From NCBI GenBank assembly GCA_000437915.1, contig FR901000.1:183244-247243 (forward strand): a stretch of DNA of 64,000 nt, read 5' to 3'. Source of the DNA: Subdoligranulum sp. CAG:314. GTDB taxonomy: Bacteria; Bacillota; Clostridia; Christensenellales; CAG-314. The translations under genes were made by a program, and so were the position numbers. Below the pieces are notes generated by a model. The model had not been told where the DNA came from, ran no database searches, and was given only the letters and a program-made list of their open reading frames with translations. This document shows, one piece after another, positions 35,627-43,386 of this stretch. Within the stretch, counting starts at the first letter, position 1, and every line of letters begins with the position of its first letter.

Positions 35627-36451
35627 ATGGAAATAGAACTGCGAGATTTGAGATATTTTCTTGCCGTCGCGCAACAGGAGAGCATAACCAAAGCGGCGGA
35701 ATATCTTTTTATCGCCCAGCCAAGCCTGTCAAGGCGGATGCAAAAGCTGGAAAGCGAATTGAACCGCCTTTTGTTTGTCAGAGGCAGCAGAAAGGTGACT
35801 CTCACGCAGGCGGGCGAGCTGCTCAAAAAACGGGCGGAGGAAATGCTCCAGCTTTACGAAAAAACGCAGGCGGAGCTGCTTGCGGACGGCGAGAGCTTGA
35901 GCGGAGACGTCTACATCGGAGGCGGCGAATCGTGCGGCGTGCGCATAGTGGCGCGTGCCGCCAAGCAAATTCAGTCAAAGCATCCGGAGCTCAAATTTCA
36001 TTTTTTCAGCGGCGACACACACGACGTAAAGGACAAGCTTGACAAAGGGCTTATCGACTTCGGAGTTTTCGTGGAGCCATCCGACTTAACCGAATACGAT
36101 TATATCCGTCTGCCCGCGGAGGACACGTGGGGCGTGCTAATGCCCAAAAGCTCGATTCTTGCCCGAAAGGAAAGCGTCACGGCAAACGACCTGAAAGGAC
36201 TGCCCCTGATTTGTTCGCGGCACAGCATAGTGCAGAAGGCTCTTGACGAATGGTTTTCCGCGTCGGACTGCAAGCCCGCGGTAAACGTAACCTACAATCT
36301 CATCTACAACGCCTCGCTTATGGTCGAGGAGGGTATGGGCTACGCCATAGGACTTGACAGACTGATAAACACGACAGGCAGCGATTTGTGCTTCCGCCCC
36401 CTGTCGCCCCGCCTGACAGCGCGGTTGGTCGTGGCATGGAAAAAACATTAG
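35627..36451 (+). CDS. LysR-family transcriptional regulator (ends at a possibly premature TAG)
   Basis: 274 aa with the HTH LRYFLAVAQQESITKAAEYLFIAQPSLSRRMQKLE. The frame continues past the TAG for 36 codons with LysR-like sequence (see findings). Confidence 0.9.
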   Translation: MEIELRDLRYFLAVAQQESITKAAEYLFIAQPSLSRRMQKLESELNRLLFVRGSRKVTLTQAGELLKKRAEEMLQLYEKTQAELLADGESLSGDVYIGGGESCGVRIVARAAKQIQSKHPELKFHFFSGDTHDVKDKLDKGLIDFGVFVEPSDLTEYDYIRLPAEDTWGVLMPKSSILARKESVTANDLKGLPLICSRHSIVQKALDEWFSASDCKPAVNVTYNLIYNASLMVEEGMGYAIGLDRLINTTGSDLCFRPLSPRLTARLVVAWKKH

Positions 36452-36581
36452 GTCATGTCGAAAGCGTCGGGCGCGTTTCTCAACGCCCTGAAAAAAGCGT
36501 CCGAACCGCTCCGCGACACGGAGGACGGGGAAGAAAAACGGGATACCGTTACTTCAAAATAAAAAGTCACGAAATATTAAA

Positions 36582-36612
36582 AACGGCGGAAAACTCCCGC
36601 CGTTACTTTTTA
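36582..36612. terminator. Bidirectional rho-independent terminator
   Basis: aacggcgg-aaaactc-ccgccgtt with T-runs on both strands. It lies between the LysR gene and the convergent spoIIE. Confidence 0.75.
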
Positions 36613-36655
36613 CGTCGCTTTCCCGCCTCAAAGCGGCAAAAAACGCCAAACAAAC

Positions 36656-38974
36656 TCACTGTTTAATTCGCGCCACAATCACCGTTATGTCGTCCTTGGG
36701 CTTTTCGTCATAGTTAATCATTGCTTTGCCGAACAGCTTGTCTGCAATGATTTGAGGGTCGGACGACTCGGTTTCCGCAAGCAGCGCCGCCATATCGTCC
36801 TTGTTTTCAAACGCGTCGGAAAAGCCGTCGCTAGCAAGCACAATCACGTCGTTTGCTTTAAGCGCTTTTTTTGTGATTGTAGGCTGCATTTCCTCCAAAA
36901 CGCCGAGAGGCAGACTGCCTCCCGACACGAACTGCACCTCCCCGCCGCTTTTGATAAGCCCCTGCGGCGCGCCCAGCTTGATGAAATCGGCCGTTCCCTT
37001 CATCAAATCCACAACGCATATATCCACCGCCGTAAAGGTCTCGTCGTTTACGGAGGTGAGCAGTCTGTTGACGCTTTTGAGTATAAGCTCGTTGTCAAAG
37101 CCCGCCTTGTAAAAATTCTCCACCAACGACACGGCGGACTCCGAAGCTCTTTCCGCCTCTTTGCCGCTGCCCATGCCGTCGCATACCGCAAGCAAAAACT
37201 TGTCCTTGTCAAGCCTGACAAAGCTGTGTGTGTCGCCCGAGACCTCGCTGCCCGCCTTCTTGGCGGCGCAGAAACCGAATTCCACGTCATAAACGGGTTT
37301 GGGCTTCAAGTACAGCACCGTCCAATTTTCGTTGTCGGTGTTCTCCCGCGCGCAAACGCCGAGCTTTGCGTTTACCACCTCGGAAACCACGCTTTCGAGG
37401 TTTTCCTTGCGCGCGTCGCGCGAATTTACCACAAGCGTAACGTTAAGCTCCCCTCCCTCGTTGAAAATAACGGCTTCCTTTGTCAGTATGTTGTAAAAGG
37501 TAAGCTGCTCCACAAGCTGCTTTTCCCGCTCGGTGTCAAAACGTATGGTGGCTTTGCTTTCCTCGCTCAGTCCCAGCATAATCCGCGACACCCCTCCGAG
37601 TTGGTCGCCAATCAGGTTTCTGCTGTTGTCCGAGCTTGCCGCGACGAGATAATACTGCTTGTATGCCGCCACCTGTTGGTTTACGTTGCTCAAAAGCGTG
37701 CTTGTCCTGAGACACCTCGACGCAAGCGAGCTGTTGAGGTCAAGCACGGTAGCCTTGCCCCTGTCGAGAGCGTTGCCCACCACGTCGCAAAAAGCCTGTT
37801 CGCTGTCCTTTATTTCCCTGCGCCAGCACTTTACGCTTTCGGGACAATCCTTGCAGGTAAGCTCGGCAACCTCGTTGGCAATGCTCACCTGCGCCTTTTC
37901 GGGAGGGATTACGTTGTTGTTCAGCGTCTTGAAGGTAAGCTGCATGGCGTAAAAAATTTCCGACAGCTCAAAAAGCTTTCGACTTAGGTTTACGCGCAGA
38001 CGGTTGACTATGTGGCGCGGGGAGTATTTTTCCTTGGTGTTGCCTGAAACCGCTTTGAGATATTCGAGAGTTTTGCCGGGTATGCAGCAAAAAACCGCGC
38101 AGGACGCTACCGCCGCAATCAATCTCAGGCTGTTGAAGCCGTCGTAAATATCGAAAAAATATACAAGCGCCACCTCGCACAGCAAAAGCGCAAGCGCCGA
38201 AAGCCACCTTGACAGCGGCATAAACGCCACGGCGCAGACCGACCAGAGTCCGCACACCGCTACCTGCGTGAGACTGCCAGCATTGAGCGCGCAGGCAAAG
38301 CCGATTGTCGCGGCAAGCGCGTAGCAGGCGCTTTTTCCGTAGACGAACAGCGTCAAAAGCACGGCGAGAGGCGCAATGAACGCAAGCAAACCGACTCCTC
38401 CGACGCGAATCAAATCCAGCGCCTTGAAAACGCACAGTGCAAAAACCGCCAGACAAATGTTTTCTTCAACGGTAAGACGATATTTCAGTCCCCTGATAAA
38501 AAGCGCGCGCAGCACGTAAATACATACGAAGGAAAATACAATTCCCGCGCCTGCGGCAATCAGCTTGTTTACCAGCTCCTGACTCTCGGAGGTTTTGAAT
38601 AGCACGAAAAAAATCTGAGACGCGGCAAGATAAAGTATCAGCAGCCATTTGTTGATTTTGCGGCGGCATTTGATGTGGACAAAGCTCACGCCCAGCATGA
38701 CGGCGCACTGAACGGCGGAAACCAATACGCAGTCTATCCCCGACGCAAACGACGTCGCCAAAAACAAAACGGACGGCGCCAAAAGCCTGTTGCAGTAAAG
38801 CGCTCCGACGAAAAGTCCGAATGCAAGCTGACCGTAAAGCCCGTCCGCGGTCAGTCTCAAAAGAACGAATCCCGCCGCAAGCGATACGCATTCGAGAAGA
38901 GACCTCCACACGCTTGCTCCCTTTGCCTTTGTCGGCGCTATCGATATGCGCGCCGCTCCCGTTTGTCTGTTCAT
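36656..38974 (-). CDS. spoIIE: Stage II sporulation protein E (PP2C phosphatase)
   Basis: 772 aa. The N-terminal ~300 aa is polytopic (about 10 TM). The C-terminal PP2C domain carries LAVCDGMGSGKEAERAS and VIVLASDG. GGGAGGAAG lies upstream. Confidence 0.9.
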   Translation of the reverse strand: MNRQTGAARISIAPTKAKGASVWRSLLECVSLAAGFVLLRLTADGLYGQLAFGLFVGALYCNRLLAPSVLFLATSFASGIDCVLVSAVQCAVMLGVSFVHIKCRRKINKWLLILYLAASQIFFVLFKTSESQELVNKLIAAGAGIVFSFVCIYVLRALFIRGLKYRLTVEENICLAVFALCVFKALDLIRVGGVGLLAFIAPLAVLLTLFVYGKSACYALAATIGFACALNAGSLTQVAVCGLWSVCAVAFMPLSRWLSALALLLCEVALVYFFDIYDGFNSLRLIAAVASCAVFCCIPGKTLEYLKAVSGNTKEKYSPRHIVNRLRVNLSRKLFELSEIFYAMQLTFKTLNNNVIPPEKAQVSIANEVAELTCKDCPESVKCWRREIKDSEQAFCDVVGNALDRGKATVLDLNSSLASRCLRTSTLLSNVNQQVAAYKQYYLVAASSDNSRNLIGDQLGGVSRIMLGLSEESKATIRFDTEREKQLVEQLTFYNILTKEAVIFNEGGELNVTLVVNSRDARKENLESVVSEVVNAKLGVCARENTDNENWTVLYLKPKPVYDVEFGFCAAKKAGSEVSGDTHSFVRLDKDKFLLAVCDGMGSGKEAERASESAVSLVENFYKAGFDNELILKSVNRLLTSVNDETFTAVDICVVDLMKGTADFIKLGAPQGLIKSGGEVQFVSGGSLPLGVLEEMQPTITKKALKANDVIVLASDGFSDAFENKDDMAALLAETESSDPQIIADKLFGKAMINYDEKPKDDITVIVARIKQ

Positions 38975-39094
38975 AACCCTTTCGCTTCCTCCCTTGACTG
39001 TATAACGTCATTTTAAAATAAGGAAACGTAAAAAATTTCGCTCCATATGTCGCCGCGCGTCGAACTTTATCGAATTATTTCCCGTAAAAGCGCA

Positions 39095-39126
39095 TAAAAA
39101 AACCTTACCCCTTATGGGGAAGGTTT
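39095..39126 (-). terminator. Rho-independent terminator of the tkt-ung-Dabb gene string
   Basis: On the minus strand, aaaccttcccc-ataa-ggggtaaggttt is followed by TTTTTTAT, 12 nt after the Dabb stop. Confidence 0.7.
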
Positions 39127-39137
39127 CTTTTGCGCGT

Positions 39138-39437
39138 TCAGGCTTGGTCGAACTCGAAATCCACCGAAACGCTCTTTTCGGTCAGCTCGTGCATGACGGG
39201 CTTGACTTCTTTGCAGTGGAACTCGTTTTTCTGATATTCCTCCAAATCCTCTCTGCTTTTCAAAGTCACCGCTAGCGCAAGGTCGTAGGAGCGCGCGCTG
39301 CCTACAAAATCCGCGCCCGCCTCGACGGACAAAACCTGCGGCACGTTAAAACGCATACTCAACAAAGCTGCCGTTGCTCTGTCAAGATTTTCCCTGCTGT
39401 TGTCTTTGAATTTGTAGCACACGATATGCTTAACCAT
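39138..39437 (-). CDS. Dabb-family (stress-responsive alpha/beta barrel) protein
   Basis: 99 aa. MVKHIVCYKFKD... and the length are typical of this family. GGAGG lies upstream. Confidence 0.85.
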   Translation of the reverse strand: MVKHIVCYKFKDNSRENLDRATAALLSMRFNVPQVLSVEAGADFVGSARSYDLALAVTLKSREDLEEYQKNEFHCKEVKPVMHELTEKSVSVDFEFDQA

Positions 39438-39768
39438 CCTTTTCCTCCGTCTGTCCGTTTCGTCCGAAATTCCTTTCCAGGTGCTCTTTCTCCTCGCGCA
39501 GTCTTTCCTCCACCGCCTTTATAAGCGGAAGATTTTTTTCCAGATTGGGATTTAGTCCCATATTCGCCCTGCGATAACGCGGATTGCGCTGATTGACCAG
39601 CGCCACGCTCCTCTTTGTGTCGCGCTTTCTCGACGACACGTTGAAAACCGTCCCGTCCGTCGTCTTTATTTGCAGCGCCTCGCCGCCGTCGAAGGTGACG
39701 CACCGCTCCACGAAGTCGGTTTTTAGAAGCAGCTCCTGCACTTTTCTCAAAAACTCTTTGTTTTCCAT
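39430..39768 (-). CDS. Hypothetical protein
   Basis: 112-aa ORF whose stop overlaps the Dabb start by 8 nt. No SD and no recognisable motif. Confidence 0.55.
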   Translation of the reverse strand: MENKEFLRKVQELLLKTDFVERCVTFDGGEALQIKTTDGTVFNVSSRKRDTKRSVALVNQRNPRYRRANMGLNPNLEKNLPLIKAVEERLREEKEHLERNFGRNGQTEEKDG

Positions 39769-39804
39769 TTTCGAAATTTATTTTAAAACAAAAGACGGCT
39801 TCTG

Positions 39805-40653
39805 TCAAGAAACCGCCCTGCCTCTTTTTACTTTTCCGTCCGTCGTGTCCTGATACAACACGTAATATTTTTCGCCGTTTTTAAGCGTGGTCAATTCAAA
39901 ATCCCCGTCCGCGCTTTTGCCTTCGGGCGCGGGCAACGCGTAGCAGATGAAGCTGGGCGCGCCGTCGTCGGTAAGCAGCCCCAAAGCGAAATGCTTGTTC
40001 TTTCTCGATATTTTTATCCAATAAGAATTTTCAAACCTGTCTATCAGCTCGGGCGCTGCGGGAAAATTGTCGAACAGCTTTTGCAGCTGCTCCCTGACGG
40101 AAAGATAGTAGCTGCCGCCGTTTTCCTGCTCGTAATATCTCCTGAAAGCCTCGCTGTATTCCTCTATGCTCTTGTTTCGGGCTATTTCGTCCACAACAAA
40201 GCTCGTCCCCTCAAAATAATTTCCGGCGCGCTCCACAAAGCTTTCGTAAGGCTCGTCGTCTTTCGTTTCCTCCGCGGCGGGCGGCGTCCTTAAACCGGCG
40301 TCGTTTATTTTTTCAAGCTCCTTTTTCAGCATGGCAAAGAGCGCCCCGCTTTCTGACGCGCCGTCGGACGCGTAGGCGAGAGCTTCCAGACGGGCGGATT
40401 TGACGGCTATCAGGCACTCCGCGCGGTTGAGCGTAGGACAGTCCAGCTCGAATTCGGCGCTTTTGGCGGTAAGCTCCCTTACGAACAGCCTTTTGTCGAG
40501 AAGCAGCGCCGCCCACAAATCGCCCTTGGGCGCCTTCATCGTGTTTGCGGCAAGCTTGACGCGGGTGGTCGCTCCGTTGCAAAGCAGATAAACGAGTCCG
40601 AGAGAGCCGAGAGAATTCATACTGTTGATTACCAGATATTTTTTGTAAAACAT
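39805..40653 (-). CDS. Hypothetical protein
   Basis: The ORF is open to a TTG at 40686. The first ATG is at 40653 and another is at 40620, so the start is uncertain. The composition looks like real protein but I recognise no motif. Confidence 0.6.
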   Translation of the reverse strand: MFYKKYLVINSMNSLGSLGLVYLLCNGATTRVKLAANTMKAPKGDLWAALLLDKRLFVRELTAKSAEFELDCPTLNRAECLIAVKSARLEALAYASDGASESGALFAMLKKELEKINDAGLRTPPAAEETKDDEPYESFVERAGNYFEGTSFVVDEIARNKSIEEYSEAFRRYYEQENGGSYYLSVREQLQKLFDNFPAAPELIDRFENSYWIKISRKNKHFALGLLTDDGAPSFICYALPAPEGKSADGDFELTTLKNGEKYYVLYQDTTDGKVKRGRAVS

Positions 40654-40769
40654 ACCTACTATTATATAGACGAAGCCTCCCGGCAAAATGACATTTTTTG
40701 CAAATTTTTACGCTTTTATGTCACAGACGAAAAAAGGGCGCGTTTTACGCGCCCTTTGAAGCTCAAATT

Positions 40770-41444
40770 TCACCACTCTATCGGCGTGGTGAAGCCGCTT
40801 AAAAATTCGTTGGCTTTTACGAAATGACCGCAGCCGAAAAATCCGTTGTAAGCGGAAAGCGGACTCGGATGCGCCGCTTCCAGCACCAAATGCGAAGTAT
40901 TGGTAAGCAGGCTTTTTTTCCTGCGCGCGTTGCCGCCCCAAAGCATAAATACGACGGGCCTTGCTGCGTTGTCGTTTATCCAGGAAATTACTCTGTCGGT
41001 AAAAATCTGCCACCCTATGTTGCTGTGGGAATTGCTCACGCCTCTCACTACCGTGAGGGAAGTGTTGAGCAAAAGCACCCCCTGCTTTGCCCAGACGGTT
41101 AGGTCGCCGCCCTTTACCGCGGAGTCCCTGCCCGTCTCTTCCTTGATTTCCCTGAAAATATTGAGCAAGCTCGGCGGAGGCGGCACGGGATAGGGCACAC
41201 TGAAAGCAAGCCCCATCGCCTGTCCCGGATTTATGTAAGGGTCCTGCCCCAAAATAACGACCTTTACGTCTTGCGGCGCGGTAAGGTCAAAAGCGTTGAG
41301 TATAAGCTTTTTGGGGGGATAAACCGTCTTTTGCGCGTATTCACGTTCAAGAAACGCCTTTATTCCCTTGAAATAGTCCTTGGAAAACTCCTCCGAAAAC
41401 AACGGCTCCCAGCCGTTGTAGCTCCTTGAAACAGCCGCGTTCAT
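40770..41444 (-). CDS. ung: Uracil-DNA glycosylase
   Basis: 224 aa with the family 1 UDG motifs VVILGQDPY and HPSPLSA. GGGAG lies upstream. Confidence 0.93.
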   Translation of the reverse strand: MNAAVSRSYNGWEPLFSEEFSKDYFKGIKAFLEREYAQKTVYPPKKLILNAFDLTAPQDVKVVILGQDPYINPGQAMGLAFSVPYPVPPPPSLLNIFREIKEETGRDSAVKGGDLTVWAKQGVLLLNTSLTVVRGVSNSHSNIGWQIFTDRVISWINDNAARPVVFMLWGGNARRKKSLLTNTSHLVLEAAHPSPLSAYNGFFGCGHFVKANEFLSGFTTPIEW

Positions 41445-41462
41445 AAAGCACTCCCGTCGTTT

Positions 41463-42383
41463 TCAGAGCAAGGTCTTTGCCTTGTCCGCTATATCTCTGT
41501 CGGTAAGCCCGTAAAACCGTTTCAGCTCGTTGAGTCTGCCTACCTCGCCGAATCTGTCGTTGACGGCGACGGCGGCGCATCTGACGGGAAATTCCTCGCA
41601 GAGAATTTCGCAGACAGCCGAATGCAAGCCTCCGAATATGCTGTGGTTTTCAACCGTCAACGCCCTGCCCGTCTTTTTTACCGATTTCAAAACCGCCTGC
41701 CTGTCCACGGGCTTCAAGGTGTGGATATTGATTACCTCCGCGGACACACCCTCTTCGCGCAGCATATCCGCGGCGCGCAGCGCGTCCGACGTCAAAAGTC
41801 CCGTCACGAAAATGCTCACGTCCGTCCCCTCCCTCAACACGTCCGCTTTGAACAGATTGAATTTGTAATCCGGCTCGGTGAACACGTCGGGAGTTTCCTT
41901 TCTGAACATCCTTACGTAAACCGGTCCGTCGTATTCGACTATTGCAGGCATTGCCTCCTCCATCTGTCTTGCGTCCACCGGCTCGAAAATCAGCATTCCG
42001 GGAATTGCGCGCATTGCCGCCACATCCTCGAAGCTCATGTGGGTGCCGCCGTTAAGCTCGGCGGCAATACCCGGGTCGGAGCCTATGATTTTCACATTGT
42101 TGCCGCCGTAGGCAATGCTAACCGCTATTTGGTCGAAAATTCTTCTTGACGCAAAGGGCGCGAACGAGTGGATAAAGGGCACAAATCCGTAAGCCGCGAG
42201 TCCCGCCGCCACGCAAGCCATATTTGCCTCCGCTATGCCCACGTCAAAAGCCCTGTCGGGGAAAATTTCACGCAAACCGAAGGTCCCGCCCGCCTTGGCA
42301 AGGTCGGCGTCAAGCATAACGATATTTTCATTTTCACGCATCATTTTTTCAAGCGTTGCCGCAAAAACCTTTCTGACTTCCAT
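41463..42383 (-). CDS. Transketolase, C-terminal (pyrimidine-binding) subunit
   Basis: 306 aa with FDVGIAEANMACVAAGLA typical of the split transketolase B subunit. GGAGG lies upstream. Confidence 0.92.
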   Translation of the reverse strand: MEVRKVFAATLEKMMRENENIVMLDADLAKAGGTFGLREIFPDRAFDVGIAEANMACVAAGLAAYGFVPFIHSFAPFASRRIFDQIAVSIAYGGNNVKIIGSDPGIAAELNGGTHMSFEDVAAMRAIPGMLIFEPVDARQMEEAMPAIVEYDGPVYVRMFRKETPDVFTEPDYKFNLFKADVLREGTDVSIFVTGLLTSDALRAADMLREEGVSAEVINIHTLKPVDRQAVLKSVKKTGRALTVENHSIFGGLHSAVCEILCEEFPVRCAAVAVNDRFGEVGRLNELKRFYGLTDRDIADKAKTLL

Positions 42384-42386
42384 TTT

Positions 42387-43193
42387 TCAGTCCTCCAATT
42401 CGGCAAGCGCCGTTTCCAACTGCTCGGCGCTCACGTTGCAGCTGTGATTTGCAAAGCCCATATTTTTGAAAATCGAAACGCCCTCTCCCTTGACGGTGTC
42501 CATAACTATGCAGGTAGGTCTGCCCTTTACGTTGTCCGCCTCGCACAGCGCGCGGTCGATTTCCTCCTCGTCGTTGCCGTTGACGCGCACGGTGTTGAAG
42601 CCGAATGCGTCGAATTTGGAGGCAACGTCCTCTATGCCGCAGACGTTTTCGGTAAGACCGTCTATCTGCATTTTGTTGTTGTCCACCAAAACCACTAAAT
42701 TATCCAGCTTTTTGTGCGCGGCAAGCATAGCCGCCTCCCAGACCTGTCCCTCCTGACACTCGCCGTCGCCCACGATTACGTAGATTTTTGCGCCGTCGTT
42801 TCTGAGCTTGGAGCCGATAGCAAGCCCCACGCCGCAGCTTATGCCCTGTCCGAGGCTGCCCGCCGTCATATCCACGCCGGGCGTCAAAAGCATATTGCAG
42901 TGGCTCGGAAGCTTTGTGCCCAATCTGTTGAGGGTTTTAAGCTCCTCCTTGTCGAAAAACCCGAAGCTTGCAAGCGTGGCGTAAAGCGCGGGACCTGCGT
43001 GCCCCTTGCTTAGAACAAGTCTGTCGCGCCCCTCCATACCGGGATTTTTCGGGTCGAAGCTCATGTGCTTGGAATAAAGCACCGACAGCGCCTCCGCTAT
43101 CGAAAGACTGCCGCCCACGTGTCCGACGCCGAGACTCGCAATACAAGTGAGTGTCAGCCGCCTGATTTCTCTCGTTCTCTGTTTGAAATCCAT
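42387..43193 (-). CDS. Transketolase, N-terminal (TPP-binding) subunit
   Basis: 268 aa with HVGGSLS, LSKGHAGPALYA and GDGECQEGQVWEA. Confidence 0.92.
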   Translation of the reverse strand: MDFKQRTREIRRLTLTCIASLGVGHVGGSLSIAEALSVLYSKHMSFDPKNPGMEGRDRLVLSKGHAGPALYATLASFGFFDKEELKTLNRLGTKLPSHCNMLLTPGVDMTAGSLGQGISCGVGLAIGSKLRNDGAKIYVIVGDGECQEGQVWEAAMLAAHKKLDNLVVLVDNNKMQIDGLTENVCGIEDVASKFDAFGFNTVRVNGNDEEEIDRALCEADNVKGRPTCIVMDTVKGEGVSIFKNMGFANHSCNVSAEQLETALAELED

Positions 43194-43310
43194 AAAAATG
43201 CTCCCCGCAAATCGATTTGTCTCATTTTAGCACATATTCGTACAAATAGCAATACCTGAAAGCGTTTTGCGACAAAAACGCTTCTCAAAATGAAAATTCT
43301 TCATATTTGT

Positions 43311-43339
43311 TTGATTTTCTGACGGCGGGGTATTATAAT
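43311..43339 (+). promoter_or_regulatory. Putative sigma-A promoter of glnN
   Basis: TTGATT (43311..43316), 17 nt, TATAAT (43334..43339). A TGTNAN7TNACA-like box with 2 mismatches at 43308..43324 overlaps the -35. Confidence 0.5.
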
Positions 43340-43386
43340 AATTCGCATCCGAGTCAACAAAATCAAACAAAAGGACAGATTCGCCA

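Noticed and set aside
36449-36451. TAG reassignment or pyrrolysine-type recoding as an explanation for the LysR in-frame TAG.
   Set aside because: Another gene (27765..28211) ends in TAG directly before its terminator. No pyl genes are visible, and all other genes end normally in TAA or TGA. A nonsense mutation is more parsimonious.
43194-43386. A glutamine riboswitch or T-box leader upstream of glnN. An 8-bp hairpin lies at 43261..43282.
   Set aside because: The hairpin lies upstream of the predicted promoter, has no T-run, and I recognised no glnA-RNA or T-box sequence features.
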